38,063 nt of DNA, taken from positions 1-38,063 of the forward strand of contig WFNQ01000007.1 of NCBI GenBank assembly GCA_015488565.1, given 5' to 3'. The stretch is from Thiomicrorhabdus sp. Its GTDB lineage: Bacteria; Pseudomonadota; Gammaproteobacteria; Thiomicrospirales; Thiomicrospiraceae. Numbering within the stretch: position 1 is the first letter of the stretch; every line of letters begins with the position of its first letter. Positions 1 through 9,419 of the stretch are shown here, one piece after another. Both the position numbers and the translations under genes were made by a program. The notes beneath the pieces were generated by a model. The model saw only the letters and a program-made list of their open reading frames with translations. It was not told the DNA's origin and ran no database searches.

Positions 1-357
1 ATCAAAGCGTATGGTCGTTTAAGCGTGATGTTGCAGTACGCTTGTGACACGGAATACCTATTCACCGTTGGCCCAGAAAATTTTACCCCCCCCCCTAAAG
101 TGGATTCGGCCATTGTGCGTTTAATCCCCCACAAAACCAAACCCTTTATTGCAAAAGATCAAAAAACGTTCAGTGATGTTGTGAGACAATCGTTCAGTCA
201 AAAACGCAAAACATTGCGCAATAATTTAAAGGGCTGGTTAAGCTCAGAACAGATTGAACAGTGTGATATTGATCCTAGCGTACGAGCAGAAACGATCCCT
301 ATTGAAGGCTTTGTGAAGCTTGCAAACCTATACTTTGAACAAGGTAACCACACATGA
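1..357 (+). CDS. rsmA: 16S rRNA m6(2)A dimethyltransferase RsmA/KsgA, C-terminal part (runs in from the window edge)
   Basis: Frame is open from base 1 (IKAYGRLSVMLQY...F.PPPKVDSAIVRL...FSQKRKTLRNNL), which are KsgA C-terminal motifs; lies upstream of apaH. Confidence 0.95.
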   Translation: MKAYGRLSVMLQYACDTEYLFTVGPENFTPPPKVDSAIVRLIPHKTKPFIAKDQKTFSDVVRQSFSQKRKTLRNNLKGWLSSEQIEQCDIDPSVRAETIPIEGFVKLANLYFEQGNHT

Positions 358-376
358 CGATAAGGGTATAAAGACA

Positions 377-1255
377 ATGACCACCTATGTCATTGGCGAC
401 TTACAAGGCTGCTATGATGAATTGCAAACTCTGCTAAGTCATATCAATTACCAGCCCGAACGGGATTTTTTATGGTTTGTAGGGGACTTAGTCAATCGAG
501 GGCCAAAGTCTTTAGAGTGCTTACGTTTTGTCAAACAACTCGAACAGCAAGGACAAGCTAAGACCGTCTTAGGCAACCATGACTTTCACCTACTTGCCGC
601 CTATGCTGGCTTTGAAAAATTTCGTTCCAAATCCGATACCTTACAAGATATTTTGCATGCCAAAGACGTGGATGAGCTCATTCATTGGCTCAGACATCAA
701 CCCTTAATGGTCAAACATCCCATCTATAACGCCGTAATGGTACATGCAGGTATTCCACCACAATGGAGCATTCAAGCCGCATTAGGCTATGCCAAAGAAG
801 TTGAGACCTTACTACAACAAGAAAATTGGAAAGAGGCTTTAGTAAACCACCTATTTGGTAACCAACCCAACCAATGGCAAGAGACACTTACTGGCTGGGA
901 GCGGGCGCGTTATATCCTCAATGCATTTGCTCGGATGCGTTATTGTGATGCCAGCGGCACACTTGAGTTCACGCTAAAATCCGCCCCTCAAAGCGAACAA
1001 GATAGACAGAAAATGACACCTTACGAACCTTGGTTTGTTTTTCCAAACCGCAAAAACAAAGACCACGAAATTTTTTTTGGTCACTGGTCAACCTTAGGCG
1101 AAGTCGATGCTTACCAAGTCCACTCAACCGATACCGGTTGTTTATGGGGAGGAAAAATGACCGCCTATGCAATGGAAACCAAACAACGATTTTCCATCTC
1201 ATGCAACCAACAATGCCAACCTAAACTCTCTAAAAAAGGATGCCATAAATCATGA
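377..1255 (+). CDS. apaH: Symmetrical bis(5'-nucleosyl)-tetraphosphatase ApaH
   Basis: IGDLQGC, GDLVNRGPKS, LGNHD, HAG, FGHWS and DTGCLWGG metallophosphoesterase motifs; ATG 377 chosen over the ORF-track start at 320. Confidence 0.95.
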   Translation: MTTYVIGDLQGCYDELQTLLSHINYQPERDFLWFVGDLVNRGPKSLECLRFVKQLEQQGQAKTVLGNHDFHLLAAYAGFEKFRSKSDTLQDILHAKDVDELIHWLRHQPLMVKHPIYNAVMVHAGIPPQWSIQAALGYAKEVETLLQQENWKEALVNHLFGNQPNQWQETLTGWERARYILNAFARMRYCDASGTLEFTLKSAPQSEQDRQKMTPYEPWFVFPNRKNKDHEIFFGHWSTLGEVDAYQVHSTDTGCLWGGKMTAYAMETKQRFSISCNQQCQPKLSKKGCHKS

Positions 1256-1863
1256 ATCCATTCGAAAACACCTTAGAAAAGGATTCGCCAAAACAACTTG
1301 AATCGGAACGTATTCCCTCTCCACAAGAGATGCTAACGCGCTTACAACAAATTGATCCAAATGATTTTAATATCAAAGCGATTGCGGATGACTTAAAAGG
1401 CAATAAAGTTTGGATATCCATTCTCACCCTCCCCGTCAGTGCGATTATTCTTGCCACCTTTACTCTACTGGGAGCTTTTCTATTCGACCGCCCAATCATC
1501 AGCTTTCTTATCACGGCGGCTATTCTCTTCTGGGTAGGTAAAATATTTGATAACCAACAAAAAATTTATACCATTGCCGCCAGACAAGAGGTGATGAATC
1601 GTATTGCCACTATTGAAGAAGGCTTTGGCCTACTGCCTCACTTCAAACCTTTTTTACCCGAAAAATATCGTCATTTGTGGCAATCTATTAAACGAGGTAA
1701 TTACATTTATATTGAGCAATACATTCAAGCTATTTTGTTGCTACAAAAAAAACTGGATCCTGAAAAGTTTACAGCAATATGGTACCTTACCTACCCCGAA
1801 ACAGATCCTGAAAATAGTGAATATCTCGAGGAAAAAGAGGAAGGTGGCCTCTCCTTAAAATAA
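1252..1863 (+). CDS. Hypothetical inner-membrane protein (2 TM helices)
   Basis: 203-aa ORF with an ATGA overlap on the apaH stop; two hydrophobic segments (VWISILTLPVSAIILATFTLLGAFLF and IISFLITAAILFWVG). Confidence 0.8.
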   Translation: MNPFENTLEKDSPKQLESERIPSPQEMLTRLQQIDPNDFNIKAIADDLKGNKVWISILTLPVSAIILATFTLLGAFLFDRPIISFLITAAILFWVGKIFDNQQKIYTIAARQEVMNRIATIEEGFGLLPHFKPFLPEKYRHLWQSIKRGNYIYIEQYIQAILLLQKKLDPEKFTAIWYLTYPETDPENSEYLEEKEEGGLSLK

Positions 1864-1892
1864 TATTTTTTTTACTACATGATACCTTTAGC

Positions 1893-1921
1893 TTGACTCC
1901 CCCCAAAATCAGACTTATCTT
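1893..1921 (+). promoter_or_regulatory. Sigma70-type promoter TTGACT-N17-TATCTT
   Basis: TTGACT 1893-1898, 17-nt spacer, TATCTT 1916-1921, upstream of the ORF at 1977. Confidence 0.55.
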
Positions 1922-1976
1922 ATGTAAAAGAACTTGTTCAATACGAACAACGCCGTAAAAAACATAGGGGAATAAA

Positions 1977-2513
1977 ATGAAAACGTGGATAATTGTTACA
2001 GGGTTACTGTTGAGTACGCTAGTAAATGCAACCGATCGGCCTTATTTTGAAGGCAAGGTTTTAACCATTCCCAGCATTGATGTTAAAGAAAAAGTGGCTG
2101 TTTATCAGGACGTAAAATTTGAATACACTCAAAAAAACAGTTGGACATTATTAAGCTTTCAACGCGGTCAAAAAATACAAGAAATCACACAAGTAGAACT
2201 GATTGAAACCGATGACTTCCCAAAACAAGTATTTCTAAACATATCAGGAGTCTTTAGTAATGGCTGCCAACAAATAGGGCAAATCACAACCCAAGTAATA
2301 GACAACCTCATTGAAACCTCTGTTTTTTACGACAATGAAAGTATCAATAATCAGTTTTGCACCATGGTCATGACCCCTTTTAGTCAAACCATTCCCTTAC
2401 CTGTTTATGGATTAAAAGCGGGAACATACCACTACAATATTAACCATAATTTTACAGGCTCTTTCACCTTAAACAAAAACAATTATTTTCGTAATAACTT
2501 AAGGAATCTCTGA
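1977..2513 (+). CDS. Hypothetical secreted/periplasmic protein with two Cys
   Basis: Sec signal peptide MKTWIIVTGLLLSTLVNA; purine-rich RBS (AGGGGA); beta-rich sequence with GC...CT...PF...IPL...GL.AGTY. Confidence 0.8.
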   Translation: MKTWIIVTGLLLSTLVNATDRPYFEGKVLTIPSIDVKEKVAVYQDVKFEYTQKNSWTLLSFQRGQKIQEITQVELIETDDFPKQVFLNISGVFSNGCQQIGQITTQVIDNLIETSVFYDNESINNQFCTMVMTPFSQTIPLPVYGLKAGTYHYNINHNFTGSFTLNKNNYFRNNLRNL

Positions 2514-2548
2514 ATAAGTCCCTAGAAACACTCAAATAAAAAATCGAA

Positions 2549-5500
2549 TTATCGCTGTGTATCTAAAATACTCTCTTCCACATCAAAAAGTGGTTTGCTG
2601 GTATCGGTTTTACTTTTTACCTCGGATACCTTTGGGTCTGACCATGGCCCAGTTACATCATAGCGGAACGTAACCAAATTCTCATTAACACCCGGAATCA
2701 CTTTCATAAACGTATAAACGGCTAAGGCCGCTAAAGGATTGGCATACCCTGCTAATGCGGCAATCGTTGGAATGCTTGCGCCAATGGCTGGTGTCACATA
2801 GGCTTTTAACTTAAAGGTCTCTTTTAACAAATTCACCTGACCAAACAGAGCGACACTGGCCGAAGGGGCTTTTAGTCCAAAGGATTCTAACTGCAAAATT
2901 CCTTGCTTTAATTGTGCTTGCCCTTTTATTTGGTCATAAATCATCCCCTTATTGGTCACGTCTTTTAAGTCTAACTTTAATCGTCTCGCTAACGATTCAA
3001 CACTGAGCAAACCAATCACTCGTGCAAAGCCTGGTTCAATATTCTCAATCGCACCATCCTCTAATTCAAAATTCACTTGTCCGACAACGGCTTTTGTTGA
3101 AAAACACTCCAGTGCTCCCTGCCAAGATAAATTAGCATCAACCTTCGCCTTCTTACCGGTAAAACCTTGCTTTAATTGAATAAAGCGTAACATTTTGCTC
3201 ACTTTTTTAGACTTAAGTGAAAGAGATAGACTGCTGTTATGACTCGTTTTATCAAACAAATATTGCCCCGTTAAAGAGCCTGCTCCTTGACCAAACGCAC
3301 CCTGTAAATCCGTAATGGTCAAGCGCTCCTTGGCATCCAATAAATGAAAACTTAATGAATCAACCAAATAACCACTCACTTCAATTTTTTTACCTTTAAA
3401 AATAATTTCAGGCCACAACGTAGTGGAAGAAGTCTGTACAGGTTGACATAGTGAGCTTGCCTTAGCGTCACTTGACTCAATCGCATGGAGCCTTAAACGC
3501 TCCACATTCATCTCGATCGGTGTATTCGGCTTAATCACCACATTAGCTAATACATCGGAGCTTTTAATTTGTAACGCGGTTCTCAAGTTACGTTTTAGCC
3601 ATTCAATACGAACATTTGGATAGACATTTTCTCTAAATATTAAGGTCGAAATATCAATGACCGAAGCGTTCCAAGAGAGCGCGTCTTGTGCTTTCTGCTC
3701 ATTCTCGGCCTGCCAGTCACGGATAAAAGAGAGTTGCGGAAGAAATTCAACCCAGTCATCAATATTCACCTCGCCTACCTTGCCTCTAATATAAGAAATG
3801 GCTTTCCCCTCTTTAACTTCCGATGGACTATCTCGCCCCAATACAACATTAAGTTGATCCATCTGATACGCATCATTTATGTGCTTCCAATGCCCTTTTA
3901 TGCTTAAACTTTCAGGTAAGTTTGCATTCAAGCGTAACGACTCTTCTGTCACTGCCAAAGCCACTTTAAGCCTTTTTTTGGTCAAAGTTTTTGCATCAAA
4001 GGGGGCTGGTAACAAGCTATTGACTTGATCGGTCAACACATCTAACTGAAGGTTGAGGCCTGAGTTTTTTACTTGGTGCAACGGAATATCAATCCCTAAA
4101 CGCCACGGAATTGCGGCATCAAAAAAAGGATTTTTTGGATTTAAAAACGCTCCTTCTCCTTGAATAAAAATCAAATGCTCTTTCGTTTCTGTCTTTGTTT
4201 TAACTGAAAAATGACTGTCGCTGTCAAACACCTTGGCGGATAACTTAGACGCCGTCGCCGATCGTTCCGTAAACACCAAAGAGCCTTCTATCTCTTTAAT
4301 CGGAATTTGTTCAAATAAGGTCATCGAAGCCTTGTTAAATTGTACGCGACCTAATACTTTTTCTGCTTGATTGCTATACCCTGAAAGAGGAATCCAAACC
4401 TGATCCAACGTGACATCAACCGCTCCCTTAAATTGGGTATTTTGAATAAAGGATTCCATACTTAATAAAGAGGCTAACGGCGATTTTGTTACATAAGAGA
4501 TGGCTTGATTAAACTCTGTTTGTACCTTGCCTTTAAACACCAGAGCAATATTTTTTTGGTCAAGGTGATCAATCACCACTTCAACATTTTGAGCATAATT
4601 TCCTGCACCCACGTGAATACGCGGTGAAGTAATTTTTAATTGGTAGGGGGTAAAAAGAATATTTCCACTAAAATCTTCCAGCATAGGCCAGTCCGCATCA
4701 AACTTTAAAAAAGCATTTTCAACGGTAGCCGTAATTTGAAACACGCCCGATCCATCCTGAAAAGGGAAGTTATTTAAATCGCCTTTCAGTTGAACCTGTG
4801 CTTGAATCTTTTTACCGTCTACAAGTGCCATTTTTAACCATGACTGTAATTCTGGAGAAAACAATTCATAGGGTAAATACTGTTTTAAGACCTGCATACT
4901 GCCAATTTTAATCGTCAAATCACTGTCTATTTCACCTTGCTTATTCGCGGTTGCAGTCAATGCAACAGGCATGTTATCAAGGGTAAAGTTAAGTGGATTA
5001 AGTACCCACCCTTTATCAGCCAAATGCGTTATTTCAATTTGACTTGGTAATGCAATTTCTACCCCCCCCTTAGGCAAGTTTAAACCCGATAAAATAATGG
5101 GCTTCGTTATCTTAAGACTTAAGTTATTCCTATTTTTTGATAAGATTACATTATCTATCTCTATACCTGGATACGCCGTTGCAGGTAAGTTTAATGCCTT
5201 AATAGTGACATCTAACTGTGGCAGTTGAAAGCTATGCCAATTAAACTTACCTGCCACGTTTTTTATCGAAAATACCGCTTTTTTATCCAGTAATGCAGCC
5301 GCATAGGCTTGAGGAATAAATGACTTAAGGAGTACTTTAAATGGTTCAATATCAAAAAAATCGGATTGAAACGTTAACAGATGATTCTCTAAAAAATGAA
5401 GTTCAATAGGTGAAACGGTTTTAATATATTGATTGTCTAACTGAATATGAGACAGTCGAAATCGCCAGCCTGTAAAAAGAGTTTGTTTCGCTTGTAGTGC

Positions 5501-6388
5501 CTCTTCCCAAACCAGCTCAAAACCAAGATGCTCAGGAAGTGCTTCCCGTTTTTGAGGCCATTTTAGCGCTTGTGTATTTAAATTTAATATCAGTCGAGAT
5601 AAGCTGGACTGTAAAACCTCGGCCTTCAAATCAATAATTAACTCCCCCTTAGGTAGCTTTTGATGCCAAACTGGGGGTAATAACTGTGCAAGCGCTTCAA
5701 TTCTTAAAGGTTGAAAGGAAGACACACTGAACTCACCTTGTTCTATTTTTCCTAATACACTGGTATCAAAACGGGCTTTAAAAGCAAACCGTTCAAAATT
5801 AAGACTCTCTTTATACGCCATACCAAACTCTGAAACCACACTCAGTTGGCGGCCTTTTAAAGATTGATAATGATACACATGCAGTGTCAAATCAGGTGAT
5901 AACACGGCTTTAAATATCAGATCAGAGACCTTAATTCGTGGCCAAAGCTGACTGATATCCACATTTATTTCTGTCAGTTTCTCAAGTGTTTCTACAGACA
6001 ATCGTTCGATACCAAGTGCATTTTGATTCAAATCTTGCGTTTTTTTATTATGGTAAATCCCTTTTTCTATCGTTAAATAATCACCAAATTTCAGTGTCGG
6101 AATCAACATAGAAAACAGGTTAACATCCATAGCCAGCCGCTGAACATCTAAATCAAACTCAACATGATTAACGGCAAGTTGATCAACTTGAAACTGAAAT
6201 CCCAACCAATTTTGCTGTATGGCAATTCGTTCAAACGAGATTTGACTCTCCGTCACCCATTCCACTTTTTCAATAAAGGAATCGGGGGCATACTGAACCC
6301 ACGAGATAAAAAGTCTCGTAATCAATAAATAGCCAATTAAAATCGCAAAAGCGATTTGTAAAAAATGATGAGAGTGTTTAACAACCAC
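2549..6388 (-). CDS. yhdP: YhdP / AsmA-like phospholipid transport protein
   Basis: 1279 aa with an N-terminal TM anchor; C-terminal GLLSVESLARRLKLD...Y.VTGPWSDP motif; directly downstream of rng. Confidence 0.88.
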   Translation of the reverse strand: MVVKHSHHFLQIAFAILIGYLLITRLFISWVQYAPDSFIEKVEWVTESQISFERIAIQQNWLGFQFQVDQLAVNHVEFDLDVQRLAMDVNLFSMLIPTLKFGDYLTIEKGIYHNKKTQDLNQNALGIERLSVETLEKLTEINVDISQLWPRIKVSDLIFKAVLSPDLTLHVYHYQSLKGRQLSVVSEFGMAYKESLNFERFAFKARFDTSVLGKIEQGEFSVSSFQPLRIEALAQLLPPVWHQKLPKGELIIDLKAEVLQSSLSRLILNLNTQALKWPQKREALPEHLGFELVWEEALQAKQTLFTGWRFRLSHIQLDNQYIKTVSPIELHFLENHLLTFQSDFFDIEPFKVLLKSFIPQAYAAALLDKKAVFSIKNVAGKFNWHSFQLPQLDVTIKALNLPATAYPGIEIDNVILSKNRNNLSLKITKPIILSGLNLPKGGVEIALPSQIEITHLADKGWVLNPLNFTLDNMPVALTATANKQGEIDSDLTIKIGSMQVLKQYLPYELFSPELQSWLKMALVDGKKIQAQVQLKGDLNNFPFQDGSGVFQITATVENAFLKFDADWPMLEDFSGNILFTPYQLKITSPRIHVGAGNYAQNVEVVIDHLDQKNIALVFKGKVQTEFNQAISYVTKSPLASLLSMESFIQNTQFKGAVDVTLDQVWIPLSGYSNQAEKVLGRVQFNKASMTLFEQIPIKEIEGSLVFTERSATASKLSAKVFDSDSHFSVKTKTETKEHLIFIQGEGAFLNPKNPFFDAAIPWRLGIDIPLHQVKNSGLNLQLDVLTDQVNSLLPAPFDAKTLTKKRLKVALAVTEESLRLNANLPESLSIKGHWKHINDAYQMDQLNVVLGRDSPSEVKEGKAISYIRGKVGEVNIDDWVEFLPQLSFIRDWQAENEQKAQDALSWNASVIDISTLIFRENVYPNVRIEWLKRNLRTALQIKSSDVLANVVIKPNTPIEMNVERLRLHAIESSDAKASSLCQPVQTSSTTLWPEIIFKGKKIEVSGYLVDSLSFHLLDAKERLTITDLQGAFGQGAGSLTGQYLFDKTSHNSSLSLSLKSKKVSKMLRFIQLKQGFTGKKAKVDANLSWQGALECFSTKAVVGQVNFELEDGAIENIEPGFARVIGLLSVESLARRLKLDLKDVTNKGMIYDQIKGQAQLKQGILQLESFGLKAPSASVALFGQVNLLKETFKLKAYVTPAIGASIPTIAALAGYANPLAALAVYTFMKVIPGVNENLVTFRYDVTGPWSDPKVSEVKSKTDTSKPLFDVEESILDTQR

Positions 6389-6402
6389 GTAACATTACAC
6401 CC

Positions 6403-7875
6403 TTACATCATCACAACATCAAACTGCTCAGCAGAGTAAGAGCTCTCTGCTTGAAATCGAATGCTTTTCTTTAAAAATTCCTCTAACTCGGCCACGCTAT
6501 CGGACTCTTCGTCTAAAATTCGTGCGACAACCGATTCCGAAGCAATCACACGATATTTTTCCCCTTCAAACGAGCGAGCCATGCGGGTAATGTCCCTAAA
6601 AATCTCAAATGCAACCGTCTCTGAGGTTTTCACCATGCCTCGTCCACTGCATACGGAGCATGGTTCACATAACGTACGCTCTAAACTGTCACGGGTTCGC
6701 TTGCGTGTCATCTCAACCAGTCCCAAATTAGAAATACTGCTAATGGAGGTTTTAACTCGGTCTTTTGCCAACTCTTTTTCTAACGCCGCCAACACATGCT
6801 TTTTATGCTCTTTAAGCTCCATGTCAATAAAATCAAGAATAATAATCCCTCCCAAATTTCTTAGTCTCAATTGTCTCGCAATGGCTTGCGTAGCTTCTAA
6901 ATTGGTTTTAAAAATAGTTTCTTCCAAATTCTTATGCCCAACAAAGCCTCCTGTATTGACATCAATGGTCGTTAACGCCTCCGTTTGATCAATAATTAAG
7001 TAGCCTCCCGACTTCAAATTCACTCGTTTATGCAGTGCCGTTTGAATCTCTTCTTCAATATTATATAAGTCAAAAATCGGTCGTTCACCCTGATACAATC
7101 CCAAACGATTGGTTAGCTCCATGACATACATGTCAATAAATTGTTCCATTTTTTTAAGCGTTTCACTCGAGTCCACTCGAATTTTTTCAATGCGTTCAAT
7201 GGGAATATCACGCAAAATACGTAAATAAAGTGGTAAATCTTCATAAATTAATATAGGCTTTCTTGCCGTTTTAGTACTCTCTTGAATGCCGTTCCATAAC
7301 CGCTGTAAATAGATCATATCCGCGCGTATTTCATGAAATTCCACGCCCTCTGCTACCGTGCGAACAATAAAACCACCTTCTGATTTTTGAAATTCAGGAA
7401 TCGTTTTAACTAACCCTCGTAAGCGCTCTCGCTCTTCTTCACTTTCAATGCGTTGCGACACACCAAGGCTTTTCTCTATCGGCATATAGACTAACATTCG
7501 GGAAGGTAAACTTAATTGCATCGTAATACGCGCCCCTTTTGTACCCAAAGGATCTTTCATCACTTGCACTAAAATCTTTTGCCCTGGATACAATAATTTA
7601 GCAATATCATCACTCTCAGTCGTTTCATTTTGAGCGGTTTTTAATTGACAGACATCGGATACATGTAAAAACGCTGATTTTTCTAACCCAATACTGACAA
7701 ACGCTGCCTGCATTCCAGGTAAGACTCGATCAACCTTCCCCATATAGATATTTCCAACCAAGCCTCTTTTATTCGCCCGCTCAATCCAAAGTTCTTGCAA
7801 CACACCGTTTTCAACCCAAGCCACTCGCGTCTCATTTGGAGTAACATTAACCAATACTTTCTCTTCATTATGCAT
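6403..7875 (-). CDS. rng: Ribonuclease G
   Basis: GNIYMGKVDRVLPGMQAAFV (S1 domain), DVNTG, RLRNLGGIIILDFIDM and CSVCSGRG; start is 7875, or 7908 (ATGA overlap with the xerD stop). Confidence 0.95.
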   Translation of the reverse strand: MHNEEKVLVNVTPNETRVAWVENGVLQELWIERANKRGLVGNIYMGKVDRVLPGMQAAFVSIGLEKSAFLHVSDVCQLKTAQNETTESDDIAKLLYPGQKILVQVMKDPLGTKGARITMQLSLPSRMLVYMPIEKSLGVSQRIESEEERERLRGLVKTIPEFQKSEGGFIVRTVAEGVEFHEIRADMIYLQRLWNGIQESTKTARKPILIYEDLPLYLRILRDIPIERIEKIRVDSSETLKKMEQFIDMYVMELTNRLGLYQGERPIFDLYNIEEEIQTALHKRVNLKSGGYLIIDQTEALTTIDVNTGGFVGHKNLEETIFKTNLEATQAIARQLRLRNLGGIIILDFIDMELKEHKKHVLAALEKELAKDRVKTSISSISNLGLVEMTRKRTRDSLERTLCEPCSVCSGRGMVKTSETVAFEIFRDITRMARSFEGEKYRVIASESVVARILDEESDSVAELEEFLKKSIRFQAESSYSAEQFDVVMM

Positions 7876-7904
7876 TTGAATGCCTTTTATTTCTGAGCAA
7901 ATCA

Positions 7905-8819
7905 TCATCCTCTTGGGTGATGTTGTTGATGTAACTGATGCAATCGTTCTTTTGCAACGTGTGTGTAAATTTGTGTGGTCGATAAATCGCTATGTCCTAA
8001 CAACAATTGTACCGTTCTTAAGTCGGCTCCGTGATTAATCAGGTGCGTTGCAAATGCATGTCGTAACGTATGCGGTGAAAGCTTACCTTGTATACCCGCA
8101 TCAAAAGCTAAATTTTTCACACGGTGCCACAATGTCTGCCGTGTCATGGGACGACCAATTCGTGAAATAAACAAGGTTGAAATCCAACGTCCTTTAACGA
8201 GAATCGGCCGAGACTCTTTAAGATAGCGTTCAATCCACTCTATTGCCACTTCGCCAAGAGGGATAATACGCTCTTTACTTCCTTTTCCCATCACTTGAAC
8301 CAAACCCGCTGATAAATTAACCTGCTCAAAAGGCAGTTCAACCACCTCTGACACTCGCAATCCACAAGCGTACATCATCTCTAAAATGGCTCGGTCACGA
8401 AGTCCTAATGAGGACATCACATCTGGTGCATTCAATAAGTCTTCCACCTGCTTTTCAGAAATAACAGAGGGAATGGATTTAGGCACTTTAGTCGCCTTAA
8501 GCAGTACCGTCGGATCTTGATTAAAAAAATTATTTACCCCCCCCCATTGATAAAAACGTTTTAATGCAGAGAGTAAGCGAACATTACTACGCTCTTTTCG
8601 CCCACTTTGTTGCAAAAAAAAGAGAAAATCTTCTATGTGGGTTCGAGTCACATCTGAAAATTGAGTCACACTTTGCTCGCTCAGCCAAATGTAAAAATGG
8701 TGTAAATCTTGTTTATATGCCGCAATGGTATTTTGACTTAAGCCTTCAGAAAGAACTAAAAAGCGTAAAAAGGATTGAATTTTTTCTATATTAGGATCGG
8801 TAGCAGGGGATATTGACAT
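7905..8819 (-). CDS. xerD: Tyrosine recombinase XerD
   Basis: RDRAILEMMYACGLRVSE, GKGSKER, SPHTLRHAFATHLINHGADLR, LLGHSDLSTTQIYTHV and HHPRG C-terminus; follows rplS as in many gammaproteobacteria. Confidence 0.95.
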   Translation of the reverse strand: MSISPATDPNIEKIQSFLRFLVLSEGLSQNTIAAYKQDLHHFYIWLSEQSVTQFSDVTRTHIEDFLFFLQQSGRKERSNVRLLSALKRFYQWGGVNNFFNQDPTVLLKATKVPKSIPSVISEKQVEDLLNAPDVMSSLGLRDRAILEMMYACGLRVSEVVELPFEQVNLSAGLVQVMGKGSKERIIPLGEVAIEWIERYLKESRPILVKGRWISTLFISRIGRPMTRQTLWHRVKNLAFDAGIQGKLSPHTLRHAFATHLINHGADLRTVQLLLGHSDLSTTQIYTHVAKERLHQLHQQHHPRG

Positions 8820-8825
8820 AACGAA

Positions 8826-8834
8826 AGTATATCA
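8826..8834 (-). promoter_or_regulatory. Extended -10 promoter (TGnTATACT) 6 nt before the xerD ATG
   Basis: Minus strand reads TGA-TATACT-TTCGTT-ATG. Confidence 0.55.
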
Positions 8835-8878
8835 AAAACAAAGAAAATTAGGGGGAATTAGGAGGCGTCTTAAAAACA

Positions 8879-8906
8879 AAAAAAGCCCCTATATAGGGGC
8901 TTTTTT
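8879..8906 (-). terminator. Rho-independent terminator after rplS
   Basis: Perfect palindrome AAAAAAGCCCCT-ATAT-AGGGGCTTTTTT. Confidence 0.9.
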
Positions 8907-8930
8907 ATAAAAAATAAAATCACAAAATGA

Positions 8931-9275
8931 TTATATTTTTTCTCTGATACGTGCTGCACGACCAGATAGCTCACGTAGATAGTAAAGCTTGGCACGACGA
9001 ACCGCACCACGGCGTTTTACTTCAACACTATCAACTAATGGACTGTATGTTTGGAATGTACGCTCAACACCCACACCGTGTGAAATCTTACGCACGATAA
9101 AATTAGAGTTAACACCACGATTTTTCTTAGCAATCACAACACCTTCATACGCCTGAAGACGTTCATTTTTACCTTCTTTTACTTTAACTTGTACAACAAC
9201 GGTATCACCTGGGTTAAATACAGGTAATTCTTTTGCCATTTGCTCTGCTTCAATGCGCTTAATAATATCACTCAT
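8931..9275 (-). CDS. rplS: 50S ribosomal protein L19
   Basis: [14 protein letters not shown]...[11 protein letters not shown]...[10 protein letters not shown]; GGAG RBS ahead of ATG 9275. Confidence 0.98.
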   Translation of the reverse strand: MSDIIKRIEAEQMAKELPVFNPGDTVVVQVKVKEGKNERLQAYEGVVIAKKNRGVNSNFIVRKISHGVGVERTFQTYSPLVDSVEVKRRGAVRRAKLYYLRELSGRAARIREKI

Positions 9276-9419
9276 TTTAAGCTTCTCCATATAAATGGGA
9301 ATTCTAAAAAATCCCCAGGGCTATGCCCTTTCTAAATTTATTCAACATTCGTTATGTAACGCTGTTAAAAATATTTAACAACATAACTAACCAGAGGTTA
9401 AATCCGAATTGTTAACTTG

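Noticed and set aside
6461-6988. 175-aa plus-strand ORF
   Set aside because: Antisense shadow of rng with no RBS or recognisable motifs
7905-8819. Tyrosine recombinase as a phage or island integrase
   Set aside because: It has XerD-specific motifs and the housekeeping rplS context; no att sites, tRNA or cargo genes are nearby
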